Assembly: GCA_963827235.1 (NCBI GenBank)
Contig: CAWHAE010000010.1
Coordinates: 64,001-128,000, forward strand
Source of the DNA: an uncultured bacterium
GTDB taxonomy: Bacteria > Chloroflexota > UBA5177 > JANWHV01
Length of the DNA stretch: 64,000 bases
Direction: 5' to 3'
How positions within the stretch are numbered: position 1 is the stretch's first letter; the number at the start of each line of letters is the position of its first letter. The notes below the pieces were generated by a model. The model saw only the letters and a list, made by a program, of their open reading frames with translations. It was not told where the DNA came from and searched no databases. Position numbers and translations under genes: made by a program. Of this stretch, positions 30,657-39,600 are shown piece by piece.

Positions 30657-30836
30657 CTGCGATGCTCACCGTGGACTCCGCCCTTCGCGGGCAACGTCGA
30701 TCGACGCGCACGACGGTGTACGCGTCAGCTCCATTTCTATACTGTATCGTGTAGAATGCCACTCATTTGCGTTCGCGTCGAACAGCGACCGCAGATGATC
30801 GGCAAAGGTCGCGGTCGAAGCGCTCGCATCTCACTT

Positions 30837-30920
30837 TTGGGCTCGCCTGGATTGATGGCAGGCGTCGTCCGGCCGAGGCCGGGCGTATGGCGGGAGGCGT
30901 CTTGGGCTCGCCTGGATTGA
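30837..30920. repeat. 19-bp exact direct repeat upstream of the paralog pair
   Basis: ttgggctcgcctggattga at 30837-30855 and 30902-30920. Confidence 0.85.
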
Positions 30921-31336
30921 CGACTATGCCCTCGCCGTGCATGAGTTCAGGCAGTGCCAGGCGATCATGCCGCCCAAGGAGTGAGCAGAACGAAGCAAGC
31001 CCCCGGCCAGTGATGACCGGTGGCTTCTTGTTGTCAAGTGCGCGCGCCCAGTATGCGGATAGTATATGGAGCGCGTACGGATGACAGCGGGTTGGAGGCC
31101 AATCCGGGTAGCGCGCTCGGCTTGAGCGGGTTGCGGCAGCCCTCCGTCCTTGACGATTATTGGCCCAGTGCTGTTACAGACGGCCAAGCTTGATGGTAGA
31201 ACGCCTCCAGCTGCGGATGGGAGGGACGGGCCGGCTGCGGCCGGTTGAATCGGGGCGAGCGTCAATACACCGGCGCGCTCTCACGAAACCTCGACGGCCA
31301 ACTTCGCTCGGTGCCGTACGGCACGCGGGAGGAAAA

Positions 31337-31798
31337 TCAGGCGACGCCGGTCAGGCGGTCCAGAGCGCCCCGCCAGCGACGCGAGATCTCGGGCAGAATG
31401 GCGATCGCCATCTCGGGATGCGACTCCAGCTGCACGCGGAAGTGCCACTTATAGAGCGTCAGGCACAGCGTATCCTCGAGCGCGACCACCGTCGCCGTGC
31501 GCGGGCGATCGTCCAGCAGCGCCATCTCGCCGACGAACTGCCCGGGGCCTAGCTCGTTGAGTACTATCGACTCGCGGCCCGGCCGCTCGCGGCGGACCTC
31601 GACGCGCCCGGACACGATGATGCTGAGGTGGTTGCCTTCCTCTCCTTGCCGGATGATCACGTCCCCGGCCCGGTACCGGCTAGTGCCGGTGCACCTCGCC
31701 AGGTAGGACCGATGACTCTCATTCAGGCTGCGGAAGAGATCGACCTGCGATATCATCGCCATGATATCCACCGGCTCTGCCTTTTCGTCCACTCCCAT
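31337..31798 (-). CDS. Stand-alone cyclic nucleotide-binding domain protein (no HTH)
   Basis: IIRQGEEG, IVSGRVEV, phosphate-binding cassette GQFVGEMALLDDRPRTATV. Confidence 0.9.
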   Translation of the reverse strand: MGVDEKAEPVDIMAMISQVDLFRSLNESHRSYLARCTGTSRYRAGDVIIRQGEEGNHLSIIVSGRVEVRRERPGRESIVLNELGPGQFVGEMALLDDRPRTATVVALEDTLCLTLYKWHFRVQLESHPEMAIAILPEISRRWRGALDRLTGVA

Positions 31799-32160
31799 CC
31801 TCCCCGCGACGCACCGCACCCACCCTGGCGAGAGGCGCCGGTCGCCGTGGCGGCACCTGCATACTCCGCCGCCGGGCCAGACCTCTCACCAGTACCATAC
31901 CTGCCGATCGGGCAGTGGACAAATCTGTCGCGAAACCGCAGGGCACGCCCATGCACGGCTGTGCCGCCACGCATCTCCGGTGCGCGCGGTGCGCCTGGAG
32001 AATGGCCGCGGGCAGGCGCTCGGGCCTGCCGTGGTCGCACGATTCCAGGCAACCGGGTTCGCACGCCGCCGGTGTTTGGCGCCTCTTGACCGCATAGGTA
32101 CAGTTTCAGTAGGACGTAGCATGGTGGGACGCCGATTAGCGCCGAGAAGTAAGGGACGCG

Positions 32161-32646
32161 ATGAATCCGAAAAGAGGCTGGGGTGTGTTCCGCGGTGCCG
32201 ATCAGAAGCCGCTCAGTACCGAGAAGCTGCTGTCCCAGGTCAGCCTGTTTCGCGGCCTCGACCAGACGCAGCTGAGCCAGCTCGCCGCACGCACGGAGAC
32301 TCGCCGCTACGAAGGAGGCCAGGTCGTGGTGGCTGAGAACGAGGCCGGCGACGCACTGCACATCGTCGTTTCAGGTTCTCTCGACGTCTACAGGGAGAGG
32401 CCGGGTCGCGACCCCGTGCGCATAGACAACCTGGGGCCCGGGCAGTTCTTCGGCGAGATGGCGCTGATCGAGGACTATCCCCGCCTGGCGACCATACGCG
32501 CCGCGGAGCCTGCCACCTGTCTCGCCCTGGACAAGAAGCAGTTTCAGGAGGAGCTGGCGGCGCACCCGACGATCGCCGTGGCGCTCGTGCTGGAGGTATC
32601 CCGGCGACTGCGCAATACCCTGGACGTGCTCGACGCCAACGGCTAG
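32161..32646 (+). CDS. Stand-alone cyclic nucleotide-binding domain protein (no HTH); paralog of 31337-31798
   Basis: GQFFGEMALIEDYPRLATI; shares SQV.LF and RERPGR with the paralog. Confidence 0.9.
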   Translation: MNPKRGWGVFRGADQKPLSTEKLLSQVSLFRGLDQTQLSQLAARTETRRYEGGQVVVAENEAGDALHIVVSGSLDVYRERPGRDPVRIDNLGPGQFFGEMALIEDYPRLATIRAAEPATCLALDKKQFQEELAAHPTIAVALVLEVSRRLRNTLDVLDANG

Positions 32647-32717
32647 AGGCAGGCCGGTGCCGGCGTTCCGAACCCAGACTCAGCCCAGGGTCGATCGCGG
32701 CTTCGTCGTGCACGACG

Positions 32718-35700
32718 ATGCGCTCTGAGGCGGGCGGGGGCGACGGAAAGCTGCTCGACGCGCTGGCTGCCTTCATACCGATCGACAGGCGGCACGCGCT
32801 GGCAAACGGCCGGGACCTGCCGGCTACCGGAAGCGGTGCGGCGCTGTTCGCCGATGTCTCCGGATTTACCGCGCTCACCGAATCGCTGGTACGCACACTG
32901 GGGGCGCAGCGCGGCGCGGAGGAGCTCACCCGGTGCCTGAACCAGGTCTACGACGCGCTGATCGGCGAGCTGCACCGCTATGGCGGCAGCGTGGTCGGAT
33001 TCAGCGGCGATGCCGTCACCTGCTGGATCGACGGCGATGACGGCCGGCGAGCAGTGGCCTGCGGCCTGGCCATGCAGCGCACCATGGCACGCTTTGCGGC
33101 GATAGCAGTACCGGGCGGCGGCACGGTCGCCCTCGCCGTCAAGGCCGCGGTTGCCGCCGGCACGGTACGCCGGTTCGTGGTTGGCGACCCGGCCGTGCAG
33201 CTTATCGACGTACTGGCCGGGAGGACTCTCGACCGCCTCGCCGAGGCAGAGCACCTCGCGGAGAAAGGTGAGGTGGTGGTGCACGGCAGCACCGCCATGG
33301 TGCTGTCCGACTTGTTGCCCGATGCGCAGTGGAGGGCCGGCGAGGAGCAGGGGATAGCCGTGGCCGTCGTGGGGTCCGTCGCCTCCGTCGTGGTGCCCAC
33401 GCCCTGGCCTGCGATCGCCGATGGCGCCCTCGAGGAGCGCGCCGCGCGGACGTGGGTACTGCCGGCAGTCTACGAGCGGCTGAGCGCGGCGGGCGGCGAG
33501 TTTCTCGCGGAGTTACGACCCGCCGTCGCACTCTTCGTGCGCTTCGGCGGGCTCGATTTCGAGCACGACGTGAGCGCTCCGGCGATGCTCGACGGTTACG
33601 TTCGATGGGTGCAGGGCGTGCTGGCGCGCCTGGAAGGCACCCTGGTGCAGCTGACGATCGGGGACAAAGGGAGCTACCTCTACGCGGCATTCGGCGCGCC
33701 GGTGGCGCACGAGGACGACGTGGCCCGCGCCCTCGCGGCGGCGTTCGCGCTGCGGTCGCCGCCCGGGACGTTTGCATTCGCACAAGAGCCGCAGATCGGC
33801 ATCAGCCGGGGCCGAATGCGCACGGGGCCCTACGGCTCACGCGAGGCCCGCACCTACGGCGTGCTCGGCGACGAAACGAACACGGCAGCGCGTTTGATGC
33901 AGGCAGCCGCTCCGGGCCAGATCCTGGTCAGCGACACGGCGCAATCGGCCGCGGCAGGCGCCGCGGACTGGGAGCGCCTGCCGCCGATGCGCCTGAAGGG
34001 CAAATCCCACGCGCTGACGGCGTTCGTCGCTCTCGCTCCGGCCGGACGGCGATCTCCGCGGCTGCAGGAGCCCCGCTACACGCTGCCCATGGTGGGGCGC
34101 GAGGCGGAGCTCGAGCAGATCGCTCGGCGCCTGGTGCCGGCGCAAGCGGGGCACGGCCAGATCGTGGGCTTGTCGGCCGAAGCTGGAATGGGCAAGTCCC
34201 GCCTCGTCGCCGAGACGATCCGCCTGGCACAGGAGCGTGGTGTCATCGCCTGTGGAGGAGAATGCCAGTCCTACGGCAGCACGGCAGGCTATCTGGTGTG
34301 GCAAGGCGTCTGGCGCGGGCTGTTCGCCGTGCCATCGGACTGGACGGTGGATCAGCAGATCTCGTCGCTGGAGAGCACGCTCGCGGGTCTCGACCCGGCG
34401 CTGCTGCCGCGCCTGCCGCTGCTTGGGACGCTGCTCAATATTCCCATTCCGGAAAGCGATCTGACCCGGTCATTCGACGGGCAGCTGCGCAAGAGCTCGC
34501 TGGAGGCGTTGCTCGTCGACTGCCTGCGCGCGCTGTCCGCGCGGGCGCCGCTGCTCCTCGTGCTTGAGGATTGCCACTGGATCGACGCCCTCTCCGACGA
34601 CCTGGTCGAGGTGCTCGGCCGCGCAGTGGTGAATCTTCCGGTACTGCTCATGCTGTCGTACAGACCGGTGGACGCCCGGGACGGACCCGGCCATCGACTG
34701 CAAGCGTTGGCGCATTTCTCCGAGATCCAGCTGACCCACTTCGGCCCCGAGGAAACCGGGAAGCTCATCCGTCTCAAGCTCGCGCAGCTCACCGGGGGGC
34801 GGGCCGGCGTTCCGCCTCAGGTCACCGAGCGCATCACGGCGCGCGCCGAAGGCAATCCGTTCTACGTCGAAGAACTGATCAACTACATCCGCGATCGCGG
34901 CATCGATCCACAGGATGCGGCGGCGATGGAGCTGCTGGATCTGCCGGCCAGCCTGCACAGCTTGATCCTCAGCCGTATCGACCGCCTCGACGAGCGCGTG
35001 AAGATCGCGCTGAGGGTGGCCAGCGTTCTGGGCCGCCGGGTAGCGGCCAGCTGGCTGTCCGGAGCCTATCCTCAGCTTGGCGATTTTCACTCGGTGCACG
35101 CTTGTCTAGACACCCTGAGCGCCGTCGACCTGCTGCCGCTGGACCAACCCGAGCCGGATCGCGTCTACATCTTCAAGCACGTGGTGACTCAGGAGGTGGC
35201 GTACGAAAGCCTGCCGTTCGCGTTGCGGTCCCGCCTGCACGCACAGCTCGCCGGTTTCATCGAGCAACGCTACAGCGAAACGGTGGACCAGTATGTGAAC
35301 CTGTTGGCCTTCCACTACGATCGCACGGAGGACCTGGACAAGAGGTGCCACTACCTGATGCGCGCGGGCCAGGCGGCCCAATCTGCCTATGCGCACGTTT
35401 CCGCCGCCGACTACTACCGGCGGTTGCTGGCCCTGGTCTCGGGCGCCCAGCGCATACCTGTGCTGCTCCGGCTGGGTCAGGTGCTGGATTACATGGGCGA
35501 CTGGGCCAGAGCTGCCGACCTGTTCGTTCAGGTCGTCGACCTGGCCGCGGCGTACGACGAGCAGGACGGCGAGGCGTCCGGCCTGCGCGCTTTGGGAGGA
35601 TTGCGCAGGAAGGAGGGTGCCTATCGGGAAGCGGCATCCTATCTGCTCCGCGCTCGAGCCGCTTTCGAGCAGATGAACGATCTCGCCGCGGTGAGCGAGG

Positions 35701-36629
35701 TGACAGCCGAGCTCGGCGAGACGGCACGGCAAATGGGCGATTTCGCCGGGGCGAGCGCACACTACGAGCGGAGCCTGCGGCTGGCCGAGTCACTGGGTGA
35801 CAGGGAACGCTCTATCAGAGCGCAGGCGCAGGCGCTCAAGGGGGCGGGCACGCTGGCCAATCAGCAGGGCGACCGCGAGACCGCCCGCGCCTGCTATGAG
35901 CGGAGCCTCGCGCTGTTCAAGAACCTCGGCGATCGGCCTGCCGTGGCCGTTCTGCTGAACAACCTGGCGGTTACCGCTCGCCACCAGGGAGACCACGCCG
36001 CCGCTCGCGCGATGAACGAGGAGAGCCTGGCCGTTTTCAGAGAGATCGGCGATCGCTGGTCCGTGGGGCAGCTGTTGAACAATCTGGCCTGCGTAGAAGG
36101 CGACCTTGGCGACTACGCGAGCGCGCACCGCTTGTTGGAGGAGAGTCTCGAAATCCGGCGCCAGCTGGGCGACAAGGTGGGCCTGGCGCTCTCGCTGAAC
36201 AGCCTGGGCGACGTGCTGCTCGACGAGGCCGACTACGAGGAAGCACGTCCCGTGCTCGAGGAGAGCCTGCGGCTGAGCTGGGAGCTGGGCGATCGCGCCG
36301 CGGTGGCCTATCTTCTCGACGACTTCGCGGCGCTGGCAGCGGGCCAAGGTCAGACAGCGCGGGCGCTGCGGTTGGCGGGAGCTGCCTCGGCGATCCGCGC
36401 GGCCAGCGGCGCCGCGCTCTCGCACGCCGAGCACGCGCGGTTCGATCGCCGGCTGCGGCCTGCCAGGCAGGCGCTTTCTGCCCGGCAGGCCGCCGAGCTC
36501 GAAGCCGCCGGCCGTGTGATGGAGCCCGAGGACGCAGTCGCCTACGCCTGCGGGGCCGAGCCGACAGGCCGTGGGGAATCCGGCCGCGCCGCACGGCCCG
36601 AGGCAGGAGCTACACCACAGTCAGCGTGA
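32718..36629 (+). CDS. Double class III cyclase - AAA (STAND) - TPR protein (soluble adenylyl cyclase-like architecture)
   Basis: C1 LFADVSGFT and FSGDA; C2 GDKG and GDETNTAARLM; Walker A variant AEAGMGKS; LEDCHWID; GNPFY; multiple TPRs. Confidence 0.92.
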   Translation: MRSEAGGGDGKLLDALAAFIPIDRRHALANGRDLPATGSGAALFADVSGFTALTESLVRTLGAQRGAEELTRCLNQVYDALIGELHRYGGSVVGFSGDAVTCWIDGDDGRRAVACGLAMQRTMARFAAIAVPGGGTVALAVKAAVAAGTVRRFVVGDPAVQLIDVLAGRTLDRLAEAEHLAEKGEVVVHGSTAMVLSDLLPDAQWRAGEEQGIAVAVVGSVASVVVPTPWPAIADGALEERAARTWVLPAVYERLSAAGGEFLAELRPAVALFVRFGGLDFEHDVSAPAMLDGYVRWVQGVLARLEGTLVQLTIGDKGSYLYAAFGAPVAHEDDVARALAAAFALRSPPGTFAFAQEPQIGISRGRMRTGPYGSREARTYGVLGDETNTAARLMQAAAPGQILVSDTAQSAAAGAADWERLPPMRLKGKSHALTAFVALAPAGRRSPRLQEPRYTLPMVGREAELEQIARRLVPAQAGHGQIVGLSAEAGMGKSRLVAETIRLAQERGVIACGGECQSYGSTAGYLVWQGVWRGLFAVPSDWTVDQQISSLESTLAGLDPALLPRLPLLGTLLNIPIPESDLTRSFDGQLRKSSLEALLVDCLRALSARAPLLLVLEDCHWIDALSDDLVEVLGRAVVNLPVLLMLSYRPVDARDGPGHRLQALAHFSEIQLTHFGPEETGKLIRLKLAQLTGGRAGVPPQVTERITARAEGNPFYVEELINYIRDRGIDPQDAAAMELLDLPASLHSLILSRIDRLDERVKIALRVASVLGRRVAASWLSGAYPQLGDFHSVHACLDTLSAVDLLPLDQPEPDRVYIFKHVVTQEVAYESLPFALRSRLHAQLAGFIEQRYSETVDQYVNLLAFHYDRTEDLDKRCHYLMRAGQAAQSAYAHVSAADYYRRLLALVSGAQRIPVLLRLGQVLDYMGDWARAADLFVQVVDLAAAYDEQDGEASGLRALGGLRRKEGAYREAASYLLRARAAFEQMNDLAAVSEVTAELGETARQMGDFAGASAHYERSLRLAESLGDRERSIRAQAQALKGAGTLANQQGDRETARACYERSLALFKNLGDRPAVAVLLNNLAVTARHQGDHAAARAMNEESLAVFREIGDRWSVGQLLNNLACVEGDLGDYASAHRLLEESLEIRRQLGDKVGLALSLNSLGDVLLDEADYEEARPVLEESLRLSWELGDRAAVAYLLDDFAALAAGQGQTARALRLAGAASAIRAASGAALSHAEHARFDRRLRPARQALSARQAAELEAAGRVMEPEDAVAYACGAEPTGRGESGRAARPEAGATPQSA

Positions 36630-39600
36630 CGCTGCCGGCGGCAGCATGACCGCTACCGTCTTTCGCGGTCACGGCGAGAACGTACGTGCCTCGTGGGAAC
36701 GACCTGGTGACGGGGAAGGCAGCACTGCGACCAACGGTCTGCCCCGCCGCCAGGCGAACGGCGAACGGAATGCCGACAGATAGCGAGCCGTGGCTTCCGG
36801 TATAGGTGAGAGTGACCTGCCCGGCGACGGTCTGGGTGGTGGCCGTATGGTTGCCCAGCGAGAAGCCTGCAGTCACAATCGAGCCGGTCGTGACCGGACC
36901 GGAGGGGCTGGCAGAAAGAGTCATCGTCAGGTACAGCGGCGGGTAGGCCACGGCGAAGCTCTGGGCGACCGGCGCGGCGGCCAAATAGTCGGCGTTGCCC
37001 GGCTGGTTGGCTGTTATGGTGCAGGTACCCACGCCCACGAGGGTGATCGTCGACCCACTCGTGCCTGAGGACACGCACACGGAGGGAGGGGCAGCGCCAA
37101 AGGTGACCGCGTTGCCCGATCCGCCGCCGGAGGCAGAGACCGTGAACGGGGCACCGCCCAGCAAGCGGTTGGGAAGCAGGGCGAAGGCAATCGTCTGGCC
37201 GGCCGGGAGAATGGTCAACGTGGTGGAGGCAGGCGTGCTGCTTCCCTGGTAATCCGGATCCGTATAGGCCACGGTCGGGTCGCCGATTGCCGAGGCGAAC
37301 GCGGCGCTCACGGTGTAGGAGCCCGCGGGCAGTGAGAGGGCGCCGAGGGTCGCCTTGCCGGTCTGGTCTGTGATCGCAAACGCGTGGGCAACGCCCAGGC
37401 TCCCGCCGTCGATCGTGAAGTACAGGGACTTCTGCGGCAGCCCGGAGCCGCCCGATCGCAGCGTCGCCACCACGCCGGTCGGCGCTGCCGAGCCGTAGAT
37501 GGTGCCGGCCGTCTGCGGACTCAGGGTGAGCGTGGTCTGTGCCGGCGTGACGGTAAAGGCACCCACGCCGGACGAGACGGCGCTGTATGCCGTCGCGGCG
37601 CTCACGGTCCCTCCCGCGTATGAGGCCCACAGGCTGTAGGTGCCCGGCGGCTGGCTGAGCGGCAGCGACATGACGGCCAAACCGTCGCCGCCGGTGGCCG
37701 CTGCCGCCTCCTGGCTGCCAAGGTGTACGCCAATCGTCTGATTGGGCAGGCCCTTGCCAGCGGACTGCAGGCTCACGGTGAGCTGGACCGACGACAGGTA
37801 GGCGCCGCTTGCGGGCGGAGACTGCACGGTGAGGGTCGGCATGTACTGCGTGGGCGGAGACAGCGGCGCGATGGTGAAGTAGGCGCCGTCGTTGGTGTCG
37901 AGGCTGACCAATCCGGTCGCGTTAGCCGCCTGCACCATGTAGACGGTGCCGCCGGACAGCCCGGAGACGGTGCCGGTCCACAGCGTGGGATCGCTGGCGC
38001 TCGCGGTCAGATCGAGCGACTGCCACCGGCGAGCGCCGGCAGGATCGTAGTAGGTGATCCAGACGTCCTGCAGATCCTCGGCGCCGCTCGGCAGCAGCCC
38101 GTTCTGCGCTCGCACCTGGAACGCCACGTTGCCGTTTGAATCGGTCGAGGTGGTGGCGCCGACGATGTCGGGCGCCGGGTCCAGGGCGACACCGGCCGCG
38201 ATCTGAGTGTTCAGCGCAGTGCTGCCCATGTAGTACAGGCGGAACGTGAGGCCGGTGAACAGACGGATCGTGCCTGTCGTCGAGCCCGGGGCCGAGGACT
38301 GGTATTGTGCCGGGGCCACGGCGAGGCTCGTCAGCCCGCCGCTCAGGCCGTCCACGGTGTCGAAGTAATTGGCACTCCACACCTGAGTCGGGTAGAAGAC
38401 GTCTGAGAAGAATGCCGGGTGCGCCACCGAGTTCTCCGTACTCGGCGCGACGGTCATGGGGGTCAGGTTGGGCAGATCGGTGAAGCTGCCGCCGCGGAAA
38501 CCGATGCCGCGCAGCACCTGGTTCGGCAGCGAGGCATTGTAGAGCTGCAGGGGAAAGATCGGATCGAGCGCGTGGGCCACCACGCCGCTGGCCCCACTGT
38601 ACCAGCTTGCCGTCACCGGGTTGTTGCCGCTTGGGTCGGTGAGCTGGGCGCTTTGCGGGGTAGACGCAGGAGACACGGCAATGTCGGTCGAGCCGCCGGC
38701 ATCCTGTCCGATGCTGAGCCCAAGCTTTGCTCCAGGGCCGGTCGCCTCGCCGGTCGACGAGGTGACGATCGAGCTCGAGGCTGCCGGGGTCAGGCGCTGA
38801 CCGGGCATGTTCATTCGCAGCATGGGCAGGCCGTAGAGAGTCGTCTCCAGCAGGGTCTTCTCGTCGATGCCGGCAAGGTCTACATGAGTATTCAGATACT
38901 CCTGCTTGGCGGCGACGCTCGCCACGCCGATCGGCACCGCACCCGTGCCCGTGCGCAACTGCTGCGCCACGTCGACAAAGAGGCGCTCGCCATACTCGGT
39001 CAACACCGTATCGCCGTACGCGTAGCCGGTGGCCGCCAGCAGCGTGGCGCCCTTCTCGGCCATCGCCTCCGGCCAGTCCGGTGACGGTGAAATGCCGGAG
39101 ATGGCATCCTGGCCGGGGATGTTGAGGCCGCCGTGACAGCCGAGCGCCATCACCAGCGTGTTGGTGAGGTTCGCCGTCGAGGTCACCACCTCCGCCGCGC
39201 TGAGCTGCGTCGCGTAATCGGATGCGAGCAGGTTTCCAGCACTGAAGTGACCGGCCAGGAAGACGACGTCGTGGCGGCTGCCGTAGAGCTTCCGGCGCAG
39301 GTCGTCGGCGGTCCATACCGACGGGTCGGTGGAAGCGACCCCCTGGGGCGCTATGAGCTGATCCACGGCAACGCACGTGCCGGTAGCGCTGCAACCGGCC
39401 TGATTGATGCCGGCGGATAGCTCGGCCGACACGCTCGTGGCTGCATCGGCGACGAAGTCGTAGCCGGTCACCAGCGCCGAGCCCGGCGTGATCACGCCGT
39501 TCGCCGCCGTGTAGGCATCGAGCATGCGGCTCGCCTCGGCAGCAGTGTCGACCAATCGGCCCACGGCGATATCCGGGATGGGCATCGTATGGTCGCCGCG

